The notes under the pieces: model-generated
Seen by the model: the letters and a program-made list of their open reading frames with translations, nothing else
Told to the model about the DNA's origin: nothing
The model's database searches: none
DNA from: Felis catus
Taxonomy: Eukaryota
Length of the DNA stretch: 64,000 bases
Reading direction: 5' to 3'
Assembly: GCF_018350175.1 (NCBI RefSeq)
Contig: NC_058368.1
Coordinates: 10,912,001-10,976,000, forward strand
Program-made: the position numbers and the translations under genes
In this document: positions 38,061-52,110 of the stretch, one piece after another
Position numbering within the stretch: the first letter of the stretch is position 1
Layout of the letters: the number at the start of each line of letters is the position of its first letter

Positions 38061-40258
38061 CAGATTTGCCTCCCGGTATCTGGCCTATCGGTCACCAGTG
38101 GGTTCCAAGTTTTACCCTCTAAAATAACATATAGCCACATGCCCTTTATCCTCTTCTTGGCAATTTGCTCTCCAAAGTGGGTTTTTTATTTTAACCTGAA
38201 GTTACCATTTCCAGAACCAGGTCATCTGAGGAGTATGGCTGGAAATGCCAGCAAAGATCCCTTCATCGTTGCCTACCGAGCCCTCCTTTGATGGCAGGAT
38301 TTAACCCTCAGCACAGGGGGTTGTATAAATCCATTCTTTGGAGAGCCACTAATAATAACAAGCTCTTTCTGGATTGCGGCTTTGGGCGCCTAATGCCCAT
38401 GCCTCAAAAGCCAGGAACATGTAACAGGATGGAACAGAGACCCCAGCCTGAAATTGGATTCTGGTCTACCTATGTCAAACAACTTGACCTCTTTTTGCCT
38501 CCGTTTCTTTATTTAGAAAAAGGGAATAGTGATAGAAACCCCCTCTTAGGATTGCTGTAAGTAATGCAAATGCTTAAAATTATGCCTGGCACAAAAGAAG
38601 AGCTTCATAAGTGTTAGTTTTTGTTGTAACTATCACTCCCTGTCCTAACCATATTCTGCAGTGCTTCTAGACACATCTTTTCAAAATAAGCTGTATGATT
38701 ATCAAGCTCATTATAAAAAGTGGGAAAATACAGAAACGTGTAATAGAAGAAAATTAAAATAGTCGATAATTTCATCACCCATTGGGATTATAATTTCAGT
38801 TCTTTCCAGTTTTTTTCTTCCTTGTACATATCCATGCTGTTATTTTATTTTAAAAAATTTAGATCATACTGCCTAAATGTATTTACCTTTCTTGTTCCAC
38901 TTACCACGAACGATGAGTATCTTCCAGACCCTTAAGTATTCTTTTTTGACACAATTTTTAATAGTTGCGTAACATCCCTTCCTACATATTCATAATAGTA
39001 TTTACTTCATGGGGTTGTTGTGAGGATTAATGATACATACAAACAAGAGTAGTAAAATGTGGTTAGAACAGCACCATTTTCATATAATAATAAATAAATA
39101 GTAGCTAAAATAAATAGTAGCTAAAAATAATAATGGTAATGATGCTGAAACCACATTTGGGGGTGAATTAACATATTTCTGGTTATAACCAGACATTTTC
39201 TGCTTGAGCAGGACAGACAACACCCCTCGTCACTTGGTGTCTATTTGTACACAGCATTTTGGTTGTGTGAGTGGACAGCAGGGAGACGCTTAGTTTGAGC
39301 AGGAATTTGAGGGGAGGAAGGCGTAAGGGGAGGAAGGGTGGCAAGGTGTCTATTGCTATAGAGCCTCATGAACTGAGTTTGAGCCTCTGCAATCAGAAGA
39401 AAGAGCTGCATAACCATTTCCATGAGAGATGGCATGAGGGTCCCAGCAGTGTGAAGCCACCAGCTGATTGTATGTTTTCCACTGAAAGAGGCTCTGAGGA
39501 CAGACACAGTTACTTGGAAAATAGGTGTCCACGTGTGGCACATGGTTCTGGGGAGCTGTCTTCTCCTGACCTCCCTGTGGAGCCCAGCTCTGCTCAGAGT
39601 CCCTAATGTTCATGACATCTGGAGCCTCCTCAGAGGGCAGCCTCCCTAGCAAACCATTGGTGTCCTCACATTGGCTTCTTAGCTGCGGCTACCTTGAGAA
39701 TTCCAAATGACTTCTCAGGTAATTGAAGTTAAAAGCAGGGGAGCCAGAGGAAAAGGAAGCAAGGATATATTACTTCTGGAACAAATGTAGGACACTCAGG
39801 AGAGGAAGACCATCTAGAACCATTTTAAATATTGCCTAAGAGGACAGCCAGGAAGAATGAGCCATCCAATTCTCAGCAGCCAGTGGAGAAACCCCAAGTG
39901 GTCAGTCAGAGGAGACTGCACAGTTATTATGACCAAGTGTTGCTGATGGGGACCTCTGAAAGTCACCAAAGAGTCACCTTTGCTCACTTGCCACCCACCA
40001 CACCCAGAGAATCAGTTTTAAAATCGACCAAAGAGAGAGCCAAATCTTAATTGAATGAATACAAATCAAGTAAGAGCTTTCCTACTTCTCACCTTTCTTC
40101 CATGGGCTCCACTTAGACCCTGGATGGAGTAGAGAGAACACCAAGGACCAGGCAACTGTGCAAAGAGACAGAGACATTCTAGATAATGGAAAAGAGAAGA
40201 GGTTGATGATGTCCGTGATGTTGAATACAAAAGTGGCATGGCATTCTCTCTTTGCAAC

Positions 40259-40653
40259 TGTTACGGGCTGAATTGTTTCTCCCGTTCCAAAAACATTCAC
40301 ACATTGAAGTCCTAGCCCCCTAGTGCCTCATAATGCGGCAGTTCTTGGAGACAGGGTCTACAAAGAGATAATTAAGATTAAATGAAATCATTAGAATGGG
40401 CCCTAATCCAATATGACCAGTGTTCTTATAAGACGAGGAAATTTGGACATAGATATGTACAGAGGGAAGATCATGTGAGGCCACAGGGAAAAGATGGCCA
40501 TCTATAAGCCAAGAAAGAAGTCTTAGAAGAAACCAACCCTGTTGACACCTTGATCTCGGACTTCCACGTTCCAGAATTGTGAGAAAATAAATTTCTAGTT
40601 TTTAAGCCACCCAGTCTGTAGTGTTTTTATGGCAGCCTTAGCAAACTGGTTCA
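40259..40653 (+). mobile_element. MaLR solo LTR (MLT1B-like)
   Basis: TGTTACGGGCTGAATTG start; CCCTAATCCAATATGAC; GAAAATAAATTTCT...TTTAAGCCACCCAGT; ends in CA. Confidence 0.88.
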
Positions 40654-41463
40654 GCTGCCCGGGATCACTTAGATTTGGGAAAATGATTTATGCCTTTGAA
40701 GAACTACTTTGTAAACCTATATTAATATCCTACAATGTTCTGGAACTTAATTTGTAAATAAGTCTTCTAATGTTGGCTGCATTTCCCCCCCGAAGTCAAT
40801 CGAAAAATCTTCAATCAAAGGGTTTTAACAAATGAAGTGCCAAAAATACCAGCTTTTGGAGATTCTAGTGAATTGCATTTATTGAAAACAAACTTTCTGG
40901 ATTTTCCTTTATCAAAGCCAACGAAAAGTGAACATATTAAAGAAGAGCCTCGATCATGCACAAGATTTCATTTTGAAAGTTTATAACCCAGTTTTGGAAC
41001 ATCTTGACTTATGGGCAGAATCTTTTAATGGAGCTCTTTTATATTTTAATTGGATAATATTTATGTACTACATCAGGATTAAATGAAATTGAGGAGGAGT
41101 ATAATTTTTCTGCCCTAAAAACAATTAGCAAAACAATAAGAATCCTAGAGACAATTTGCTTAATAAGCTTTGTCTTGTAAAAATATATGATAAAGAAATA
41201 TAGCTCAATGGAGACCAAAGAATAATACCTATGAGAACATTTGGGCTGAACTGTACATTGCAACATTAAAAATAATAAGTCTGAATCGAATATACTCTTC
41301 ATTTGGCAAAATTTTCTCTGAGCTTGCCGCTTAGCGTGTTTCCTTTGTCCTCCCTTCCCCTACTCCTACCCTTAGGTTGTTACCAACAAATTCACCAATT
41401 TTAAAGCCTGAAACCAAGTTTGGGATCCTGCTTTTAAATGAGCTATTTGGTTTCCCAGAAAGG

Positions 41464-42298
41464 TGTATAAGGGTAACCGTGAAAAACACACAGTGTTTTC
41501 CTTCACTCTCAAACTCACAATACTCCTGATACCAGATGTGTTTTTCTCCCCATATCTACCAATTCTCCCACACCAACTGGGTATCATACAATTCAATTTA
41601 AAAAAATCATTTCTGACTCTAACTGGAGTTAACCTAGATCCCACAAGTTAAGGGCTTAATCCCACCAGACTGATCCCTACCTCAGATGCCAATCACCAGT
41701 ACTAGGTCCCTAGGTTACTCACAATTTCTGTTCAACTTGGCTACAGATGAGAGCATCCCATGACCCTCTCCTCAGGTTCAATAATTTGCTAAAGCAGCTC
41801 ATAGAACGCAGGAAAACAGTTCACTTGTTATTGCCAACTTACTACAAAGGCTATTTTAGCAGATAAAATTGAACAGTAAGATGGAAGGGATATGTAGGGT
41901 GAGGTCTGGAACGGTTCCAAACACAGGAGCTTCTGTTCTGGTAGAATTGGAGTATGCCACGCTCCCAGCATGTGAATGTATTCACCAACAGGGAAGTCTC
42001 TCTGAACCCTACACTTTAGGGACTTTTACAAAACTGTCATCATGTAGAAATGATCAAGTATTAACTCAATTTCCAGCCCCTCTTCCTTCCCCAGAGAACA
42101 GAAGGACAGACCAAAAAGTCTAAGCTTCTAATCATAGCTTGGTCTGTTTAGTGACCAACCCCCCTCCAGGACCCACTGAAAACCACTTTATTAGAACAAA
42201 AGACACTCCAACCAACTGGGGAAATTACAAGTTTGGGGAGCTCTGTGTCAAGAACCAGAGGCAGAGACCAATATATATTTATTTCTTGTTATTTCACA
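41464..42298 (-). mobile_element. ERVL solo LTR (MER21-like)
   Basis: TG...CA termini with perfect 5-bp TSD AAAGG (41459-41463, 42299-42303); CAGATGCCAATCA and ATAATTTGCTAAAGCAGCTCATAGAAC motifs. Confidence 0.85.
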
Positions 42299-42336
42299 AA
42301 AGGTTTGTCCCAATCTCATTTTCACTAGTGCCTGCC

Positions 42337-42719
42337 TGTTACAAGCTGCATATATCTCCAAAATTCATATGGTAAAGTCCTAACCCTCAGTACCTCAGGA
42401 TATTATAGTATTTGAAGGTAGGGTCTTGAAAGAGGTAGTGAAGTTAAAATGAGGACATTCTAGTAGGCCTTAATACAATATGATTGGTGTCCTTAAAAAG
42501 AGACTATGAGAACATAGACACACAGAGGGAAGACCAGGTGAAGACACAGGGAGAAGACATCCATGTACAAGCTAAGGAGAGAAGCCTCAGAAGTAACCAA
42601 TGCTGCCCACACCTTGATGTCATATTTCTAAACTCCAGAACTGTGAGAAAATAAATGTCTGTGGTTTAAGTCGCCCTGTCTGTGGCACTTTGTTATGGCC
42701 GCCCTGACGAACTAACACA
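42337..42719 (+). mobile_element. MaLR solo LTR (MLT1B-like)
   Basis: TG...CA termini with perfect 5-bp TSD CTGCC (42332-42336, 42720-42724). Confidence 0.9.
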
Positions 42720-44999
42720 CTGCCACTGTGTCTCAAATAGTTTTGTTACCTACTGCTGGCTTTAAACCCAAAGTCTGTGACTCTACAGGCATTTAGTTGG
42801 TAGGATATTTTATTATATTGTGCTTGGGACCAAGTCGAGCGGGTACAAAGAACTTCCCTGAAAGCTACATGTGGTGTCCTTCCTCTAACAAGAGATGTCT
42901 GCCTTCTGCTCACACCCAGATCAGCTGATTGCTCTCGAGCCGATGTCCTTACTAAGAACATCGCACCAAGCTCCTAGGTGTTGTTGGTGTTTTTATATAG
43001 CTTGTTTTGTTACCTGGCAGATGAAACCAAAGACCCTCTCTCTTTCCTCACAAACACATAACACTTCCCTTGGAAGTGTCTTCATTGTTGCCTCTTTAAA
43101 TTTTTCTTGCTCCCTGTATGTGTCCTGTGGGGGTAAAAATCCTGTTTGTTTGTTTGTTTGTTTGTTTGTTTTTATGGTGAGCTATGATTTAAAGAAGGAT
43201 CCTCTACCTCTGCTTCCCCTGTCTGTCTGGTAACTCCTAAAGGTTTTCTTCTGGCCATTCTCCTAGCTGCCCTGTCCTCAAATGTCACACTGGGCCAGAC
43301 TGGGCCCCATTCCTCCTTTCAGAACCAGCACACCCCCTTGGCCCTCACACTGGTTTGGGCCTGGTTCTGCCCCTTGTCCTGGGCTCTGGATTTCGCCTGT
43401 GTCCCACAGTGTTTCCTCTGTTCCCCACGCTGGAGCTGTTGCTTCTGCAAGGTTTCCTGAGAAGCCCATTGCTCTGTGTCCCACCAGTGAATCTCAGACA
43501 AGGGGATCACTGGCAAGTGAGGGAGAGAGTCTTCTCTTGACTTTGCTTCTCTAGTTATTAGGAGGTCTACTGGCATCCCCGGCTTGCTAATGCTTCTCTG
43601 CTCTTCATTTGGGCACTGCTGATCTCCACATGTTCACTGAGTATGAGAGCAGGTGGTTTTTTGCCTCTCTGCCCATCAGATGTTGAGAACAGGAAGGCTC
43701 CCTTACCTCCACACACCTCTGCCTCTTAAACCAGTCTCCAGGCCATTTTTTCCTTATCACAGACCCCAGGGATTTGTTCCAATTGCTTCCCTCTTTCCAG
43801 ACATCCTGATTTTCACTCTTTACCCCTCCTCAGGACCAACCTATAAGGTAGAATTCATATTTCGTGATTCCTCCTTCTCACCTTGTTCCTTTATATACTT
43901 TTCCCATTCATCCTCCCATTTCAAAGAACTCTTGTTTCACACTTATTTTACAACTAATAACACAGGAAAATGAAGACTTTGGGGAAGAATGCAATTAATT
44001 ACAAGAAATGCCACAATATACATAAGATTTCTTGCCCTTATGTGTCCCTCCCCAAGAACCCCATGTCGAGTGGTATTAGGGAAGATCTATATGGCCTCTG
44101 CCCCAGTGAGCCTATCAGCAATCTTCGGTACATTCCTGCTGTAGAATGAAGATAGGGGGTAATCACATCTGTTCCACGTGACACTGAGGGATGCTAGATG
44201 AATCAAAGGAGAATATGTATTTGAAATTGATTTGTAAACTATAACCATAAAAAGTTCTATTCGGATATTTTGGATATTTGGTTTCCAAAACAGGGCTTAC
44301 CCACGGGGAGAAAAATGTGTTGACATTCCTTGTCCACATGATTTTGGCAGTCATTTTCCTCATTAAGAATGATGAAGTTGGCTTTCTGCCTCAACTTGAA
44401 TTGCAGTGGGTTTGGGAAGCGTTCTGTTTCCCAGGGCATGTGTGGTCTAAGTCGTTTCAACCACAGAAGTGTTAGGTTTCATTTTGGCCAAGCTGGCAGA
44501 CCAAACAGAAGTCAGTCCTTTCCCACTGCAACAGGGAAATAATTATAAAACATGTATCTTTAAAATGGGTCAAGTGCATTGGACAAGGAACTGAGAATGG
44601 GCAGTGGTGAAATGACCTTGAACAAGCCATCTGAACTCTATCAGCCCTAATTTCTCGCCCATAAAAAACTCAGTGAATCATACCAACCCTGCCTATTTCA
44701 GAGTTGTAATAAAGATTAAACGAAGGCTGCAAAAACACTTTGCAAACTATGAAGTGACCTGTGGAAGTGAAGTGTTATCAGTTATTAAATTTATGATGAT
44801 AAAACTGAATTACTGATTAGGATATAATCAAATTCAAACCTAGTTGAAAAGGCAGGTTTAAAGGCACTCTCTCATTTACTACTCATAATAACAAGTTCCC
44901 AAGATCAGGGAAAGGTCTCCAACTTTTATTCTTCAAACTTGAAATCAGCTATGATCTTTAATATTACAATGAGCACATAATTACAGAGGAATAACTAGT

Positions 45000-45770
45000 C
45001 AAGTCACTAAATTCACTGTAAACATTGAAGTCTCTGCCATTGGTAGCTTAGAATTTAGGAGAAGAATGCGAACATATAGGCAAAGGAACAGATAACATCA
45101 CAAAATTATATAGACAGCAATGAGTTATATATTACAGACAAAAATTACCATAAGAGGAGGGAGAAATCTATGTGAGCTGGGAAATCTGGAAAAGGTTCAA
45201 GGAGAAGGTAGCAGGATGTTTACTAGATCTTCCAGGACACATCACACGTATGTGGACAAACATAGATTCTTGGGCAACCACTGCAGGCAAGGAGAAGGGT
45301 ATGTGAGCAACAGCCTATAGGTGAAAGATCGTGGGTGTATTTGAAATACATTAAGGTAGACTGGCAGGAGTGAAGGAAGCATGAAGTGGCCAGTGGTAAA
45401 TAGGGTTGGAGAGAAAGATTTTAAAAGCCAGAATAAAGGTATCAGATTTAATTATGACGGCAATGGGGAGTGATGGAAAGTTTTGACCCAGTGTGTCAAA
45501 TGTTATGTCAGGGTGGATAATGTAAGAGTGAGAGAGACTGCATTAGAGAGGAGTGATGCAGCTTAGTTAGGAACCCTTTCTAGTGTGTAGATGTGACAGT
45601 ATATGAGCTTGAATGAAAGGAAGATATTGGAAAAGGAAACAAGTAAATGATGGCAAGATCATCAGTCAAAGACAAAGCTGGCACTCAAACTGAGTCAAGG
45701 CTGGAAATCCAGATTTGGAAGGGATGATGGCTGAATCTATGAAAATAAGTAACATTTACTAGACAAAAGC
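45000..45770 (-). mobile_element. L2 remnant
   Basis: GGCAATGGGGAGTGATGGAAAGTTTTGA and related purine-rich motifs; very degenerate. Confidence 0.45.
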
Positions 45771-48356
45771 CTAGAGATGGGAAGACTGAGGGTAAAGGTA
45801 AACCTACAGGAGCTGGAAAAAGAACAGCAAATAAAGCCCCAAACCAGCAGAAGAAGGGAAATAATAAAGATTAGAGCAGAAATCAATGATATTTAAATTA
45901 AAAAAAAAAAAAACAGAACAGATCAACGAAGCCAAGAGCTGGTTCTTTGAAAGAATTAACAAATTGATAAACCCCTAGCCAGTTTGATCAAAAAGAAAAG
46001 GAAAGAACCCAAATAAATAATGTCACGAATGAAAGAGGAGAGATCACAACCAACACTGCAGGAAAAAAAAACAATAATAAGAATATTATGAGCAATTATA
46101 TGTCAACAAATTGGCCAATCTGGAAGAAATGGACAAATTCCTAGAAACATATAAATTACAAAAACGGAAACAGGAAAAAATACAAAACTTGAAAAGACTC
46201 ATAACCAATAAAGAAACTGAATCAGTAATCAAAAATCTCCCAACAAACAGGAGTTCAGGGCTGATGACTTCCCAGGGGAATTCTACCAAATATTTAAAGA
46301 AGAGTTAATACTGATTCTTTTGAAGCTGTTCCAAAAAAATAGAAATGGAAGGAGAATTCCCAAACCCATTCTATGAGGACAGCATTACCATCAATTCCTA
46401 GATGAATTGTTTCCAAAACCAGATAAAGACCTCACTAAAAAGGAGAACTATAGACCAATTTCCCTGACGAACATGGATGCAAAAATTCTCAACAAGTTAC
46501 TAGCAAACCGAATCCAATAATGCATTAAAAGAATTATTGACCACGATGAAGTGGGATTTATTCCTGGGCTGTAGGGGTGGTTCAATATCTGCAAATCAAT
46601 CAGTGTGATACATCACATTAATAAAAGAAAGGATAAGAACCACATGATCCTCTCAATAGATGCAGAAAAGGCATTTGACAAAATACAGCATCCTTTCTTG
46701 ATAAAAACCCTCAAGAAAGTAGGGATAAAGGATCATACTTCAAGATCATAAAGGCCAAATACAAAAAACCCACAGCTAGTATCATCCTCAATGGGGAAAA
46801 ACTGAGAGCTTTCCCCCTAAGGCCAGGAACAGAACAGGGATGCCCACTCTTACAACTGTTGTTCAACATAGTGTTGGAAGTCTTAGCCTCAGCAATCAGA
46901 TAACACAAAGAAATAAAAGGCATCCAAATCAACAAGGAAGAAGTAAAATTTTCACTTGTTACAGATGACATGATACTCTATGTGGAAAACCCAAAAGACT
47001 CTACCACAAAACTGCTAGAACTGATACATGAATTCAGCAAAATTGCAGGATATAAAACCAACGTTCAGAAATTGGTGGCATTTCTGTACACCAGTAATGA
47101 AGCAGCGGAGAGAGAAACCAAGGAATCAATCCCATTTACAATTGCACTGAAAACCATAAAATACCTAGGAATAAACCTAACTACAGAGGTAAAAGATGTG
47201 TATACTGAAAACTATAGAAAGCTTATGAAAGAAATTGAAGAAGTCACAAAGAAATGCAAAAACATCCCATGCTCGTGAATTGAAGAACAGATCTTGTTCA
47301 AATGTCGATACTACCCAAAGTAATCTACACATTCAATGCAATTCCTATCAAAACAACACCAGCATTCTTCACAGAGCTAGAATAAACAATTCTAAAATTT
47401 GTACGGAACCAGAAAAAAAAAACCCTGAATAGACAAAGCCCTGTTGAAAAAGAAAACCAAAGTGGGAGGCATCATAATTCTGGACTTCAAGTTGTATTAC
47501 AAAGCTGTAATCATCAAGACAGTATGGTACTGGCACAAAAACAGATGCATAGATCAATGGAACAGAATAGAGAACCCAGAAATGGACCCACAAATATATG
47601 GCCAATTAATCTTCAACCATGCAGGAAAGAATATCCAATGGTAAAAAGTCTCTAGCAAATGGTGTTGAGAAAACTGGACAGCAACATGCAGAAGAATGAA
47701 TCTGGACTATGCTCTTACCCCATACACAGAAATAAACTCAAAATAAATGAAAGACTTAAATGTAAGACAGGAAACCATTAAAATACTAGAGAAGAAAATA
47801 GGCAACAACCTCTTTGACCTCGATCATGGCAACTTCTTATTAGACATGTCGCTGGAGGCAAGGGAAACAAAAGCAAAAATGAATTTCTGGGACCTCATCA
47901 AGATAAAAAGCTTATTCTCAGTAAAGGAAATAATCAACAAAACTGAAAGGCAACTGACTGAATGGGAGAAGGTATTTGTAAATGACATATTGGATAAAAT
48001 GTTAATATCCAAAATTATAAAGAACTTACCAAACTCAATAAACAAAAAAACCCAAATAATTCAGTGAAGAAATGAGCAAAAGACATGAATAGACACTTTT
48101 CCAAAAAGACATCAAAATGACTAACAGACACAAAAAAATATGCTCAACATAACTCATCATCAGGGAAGTACAAATCAAAACCACAATGAGATCCTACCTC
48201 ACACCCGTCAGAATGGCTGAAATTAACAGCTCGGGAAACAACAGATGTTGGTGAGGGGGCAGAGAAAAGGGAACACTTTTGCACTGTTTGTGGGAATGCA
48301 AACTGGTGCAGCCACTCTGGAAAACAGTATGGAGGTTCCTCAAAAAGTTAAAAATA

Positions 48357-48565
48357 GGGGCACCTGAGTGGCTCAGTGGGTTAAGCGTCCGACTTGGGCT
48401 CTGGTCATGATCTCGCAGTTCATGGGTTCGAGGCCCATGTCAGGCTCTGTGCTGACAGCTCAGAGCCTGAAGTCTGTTTTGGGTTCTGTGTCTCCCTCTC
48501 TTTCTGTTCCTCCCCTGCTTGCACTCTGTGTCTCAAAAATAAATAAAAGATTAAAAATTTTAAGG
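48357..48565 (+). mobile_element. Can-SINE inside L1
   Basis: Head, CT body and tail; L1 target sequence duplicated. Confidence 0.93.
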
Positions 48566-48759
48566 AAAAAACTTAAAAAGAGAGCCACCCTATGACCTAG
48601 CAATTACACTATAGGTATATATGCAAAGGATTCAAAAGTGCTGAATCAAAGGGGCATATACACCCCAATATTTATAGTAGCACTATCAACAATAGCTAAA
48701 TTACAGAAAGAGCCCTAATGTCCATCAACTGATGATTGGATAAAGAAGATATGGTATAT

Positions 48760-48985
48760 GGGGTGTCTGGGTGGCTCCGTCCGTTAAGCATCTGACTCTT
48801 GACTTTGGCTCAGGTCATGATCTCATGGTTGTGTGTTTGAGCCCCGCATTGGGTTCTATGCTGACAGCGTGGAATCTGCTTGGGGTTCTCTCTCTCTCCA
48901 CCCCCCCGCCCCTCCCCCACTGGCTTGCTCGCTCTCTCTCTCCCTCTCTCTCAAAATGGATAAATAAATAAATAAATAATTTTAA
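48760..48985 (+). mobile_element. Can-SINE inside L1
   Basis: Head, CT body, (TAAA)n tail; TSD core TGGTATAT. Confidence 0.93.
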
Positions 48986-49849
48986 AAGAATTGGTATATA
49001 CATACAATGGAATATTACTCAGTGATCAAAAAGAATGAAATCTTGCCATTTGCAACAATGTGGATGGAACTAGAGAGTATTATCCTAAGTAAAATAAGTC
49101 AGTCAGAGAAAGTCAAATATCATATGATTTCACTCATATATGGAATTTAAGAAACAAAACAGATGGACATAGGGGAAGGGAAGGAAAAATTAGATAAAAA
49201 CAGGGAGGGAGGCACACCATAAGAGACTCTTACATATAGAGAATAAAGTGAGGGTTCCTGGAGGGGAGGTGGGTGGGGGATGGGCTAAATGGGTGATGGG
49301 CATTAAGAAGGGCACTTGTTGGGATGAGCACTGAGTGTTACATGTAAGTGATGAATCACTAAATTCTCCTCCTGAAACCATTATTACACTAGATGTTAAC
49401 TAACTTGGATTTAAATAAAATTTTTAAAAAGAGAAAACTGTTCATTAATTACGTAATATTAGGTGTTCAGCAGCGTACCGAGCAGTGTGGGGTACAAGAT
49501 GGTCAGATATGAATGGTCCTTTAGGAGGTTTCCTGTCTGGATGCTGAAGCAATCTAATTCCCCACAACAAACCAAGGTTGTAACCACACAAAACAGTTTC
49601 TGAGTGAGGGCAAGGTTACCTGTGATGATCTTCATTGCCAGCAGAATTCGTGGATTAAGTCTGTCAACTTCAGCCACCTGAAATTCAGCTCCTAGTCTTT
49701 CCTCTGCTAGTGAAACACATCCCTTTAAGACAAAACTATATTCAGATCCTGTTGGTAAGCCTTTGCCGCAACTTCCACCATTCCCCACATCCTTCAGTGT
49801 AGTTGTGAACTTGTCGTCACAGATACTCAACCCTAACACCATCCTCCCC

Positions 49850-50555
49850 TGTTATATTAACATTATTCATAGGGACAAACGGAAGCTGTGTGCCTCTACA
49901 CGTGATACCCCAAGAACACATCCCCTTTGCCGTAGTCCAGTCTATAAAGCATAACCCAAATCTAAACATAAGTAAACATTAGACAAACCCATAATGGGAA
50001 CCGTTGTATTTTTTTAAAACTGAAGTGCAGGGAATGTATACTTCAAAAATATCAGTGTCATAAAAGATTACAAAAGGCTGTAGAAATATTCCAGATTGAA
50101 AGAGAATAAAGAAACACAACAACCAAATGCAATACCTAACCCTAACCTAGACCTTGCACTCGAGGGATAAAATGCCAAAAAGAACATCATCTGATCAATT
50201 AACATAATTGGAATATGGATGATAGGTTAAGGTGCTGCATCAATGTTAAATTTACTCATGTTGAAAGTATATTACGGTTACCTAAGGGAATATTCCTCTT
50301 CTTAGGAAATATACATTGAAGTATTTAAAGGGCCATCAAGTATGCAACTGGACTTCTAACGATCCAGAAAAAAATTCATATGAGATTAGATAGATAGATA
50401 GATAGATAGACAGAACAAGTGACAAAGGAAATAGGGTAAAACATTAACAAAAGTTGAATTTGGTTAGAGAGTATACAGATATTATTTGTGCTAATAGTAT
50501 GTTTGCTACTTTTATATAGGTTTGAAATTACTACCAAAAGTTAAAGATTTTTTAA
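49850..50555 (+). mobile_element. Old L1 (L1MC3/4-like) 3' end containing (TAGA)n
   Basis: AACATTAGACAAACCCA; TATTCCAGATTGAAAGAGA; CTTAGGAAATATACATTGAAGTATTTA. Confidence 0.7.
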
Positions 50556-50932
50556 CCTGAAAGCATTCTCTAAATAGGGCATTAGAAACACAACAAAAGA
50601 ACTAATTGAAAATGACTTAGTTACACTATAGAATTCACTCTGCCACAGTGACTGAGTTATGGATAAGCAAACCACCAATGCATTGCCTATCCTTATGTTA
50701 ACATCTAATCCTTCCTTGCTCAGAAATTGACTGAAGAAAATGCCTCTATTCTGTTCTCACCAGATTCTTTTCTTCTTCTATATCCTGGCTTTTACAACAT
50801 TATTCTGTATTCTATTGAAGCTGAGCTAGAATGGCTATTTCTCCCTTTCCATGTCTGTAAAGAATCAGTGATCTGATTTTAAGTATATTTACCTTATTTG
50901 TCTGCCATATTTCTCTAGCCCTAGTGCTTTCT

Positions 50933-51143
50933 TTCTTTCTTTTTTTTTTTAAGTTTATTTATTTTGAGAGAAAGCAAGCCAGCAAGGAGAGGAAGAGAGA
51001 GAGAGGGAGAGAGAGAATCCCAAGCAGTCTCCGTGCTGTCAGCACAGGGCCTGATGTGGGGCTCAATCCCACAAACTGTGAGATCATGACCTGAGCTGAA
51101 ATCAGAGTCAGACGCTTAATTGGCTGAGTTACCCAGGCACTCC
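50933..51143 (-). mobile_element. Can-SINE
   Basis: Poly-T, (GA)n, ends ACCCAGGCACTCC. Confidence 0.92.
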
Positions 51144-51904
51144 CAGCTCAAGTGGTTTCTATTCCAAATTTGCTCCTGCACAACCCCACGTAACTATTGA
51201 AAAGCAACACTCTCCTCCAATTCAGGTTTTGCCCAGTGCAGGCTCCCATTTCTTCAGGAACATCTTTCCTGTGTTTATAGCCAATTTCTCCAAGAGGAAG
51301 TAGAATCCAGGATTGTTGCAGCTACTCTGACATTTGGTAAGAGAACAGCTTCCAAGGGCCTGGAAAGTTCTTCTCAGCTCTTCAGAAGTCCTGGGTTCTT
51401 GGATTCCTTGTGTGATCTGATTCAGACGTCACCACACAAGCTCTGGATGTTTCGCTTCCAGATGTTGATGTTTAACTATTTTATGGTCACGTCTTTGTGG
51501 GCCACACAGGGATTTGATGACTCAGAAATGGACTCTGCAGGCCTTTCCAGATCTGCTTTTTCCTCTATCAATAATTAGCTTCAGGGATCCCTCCATCCCC
51601 CACTTCGACCCTGGCTGAATCACCAGTCTTACCTCATTTGCAATGACACCCCAAGGGAACACCAATGCAGGCACCACTTCAAGTTAGGAAAGAACCTCAA
51701 AGGAGGAAAATTCTAAGAGAATACTTTCATTAGAGCGCTTTTCCTCATCACAATTAAGTATCCTTTAGTTAGGACATATCTGGTCTTGATCTATATAATA
51801 TGGTTATGCTTAGAATCAGGATGCTATTTTTCTTAAAGTATTGTTCTCTTCGAAAGTTAAAAAACATGACTAACTACCCTGGGTATTTAAAATAAACCTC
51901 TAAT

Positions 51905-52110
51905 GGGGTGCTTGGGTGACTCAGTTGGTCACTATCTCACAGTCATGGGTTCAATCTCCCAGTCGGGCTCTGCACTGACAGTGCAGGGCCTGCTTGGGAT
52001 TCTCTCTCTTCCTCTCTCTCTGCCTCTCCCGGGCTTGTTCTCTTTCTCTCTCTAAGTAACTGAGTAAGTAAATAAATAAATAAATAAATAAACGTAAAAC
52101 AAATTTTAAA
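51905..52110 (+). mobile_element. Can-SINE with an internal deletion in the tRNA-derived head
   Basis: The head runs from CAGTTGG directly into ATCTCACAG; (TAAA)n tail. Confidence 0.88.

Larger units (their letters stand above)
45802..49430 (+). mobile_element. 5'-truncated carnivore/felid L1: most of ORF2 (RT, C-terminus) plus 3'UTR, inactivated
   Basis: [53 protein letters not shown] motif reads VTDD; many stops and frameshifts; G-rich 3'UTR and tail. TSD not resolved. Confidence 0.97.

Noticed and set aside
38100..38340. Minus-strand QPPVLR and QEEDKGHVAICYF, reminiscent of Gypsy RNase H
   Set aside because: Wrong side of the RT, wrong spacing, and no TDAS motif.
39092..39123. 16-bp tandem duplication AAATAAATAGTAGCTA; similar short AT-rich repeats at about 12076-12140 and 62850-62900
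   Set aside because: Ordinary slippage in AT-rich or MIR-tail sequence; no spacer-repeat (CRISPR-like) organisation anywhere in the window.
39630..39800. Minus-strand peptides FVPEVI and TNGLLGR, reminiscent of a Gypsy integrase upstream of the RT (Gmr1-like order)
   Set aside because: Only two very short matches with nothing alignable between them; not supportable without a profile search.
45802..49430. L1 as a potentially active element, or one carrying a 3' transduction
   Set aside because: It is 5'-truncated with many stops, a mutated RT motif and two SINE insertions; I found no second poly-A or TSD downstream.
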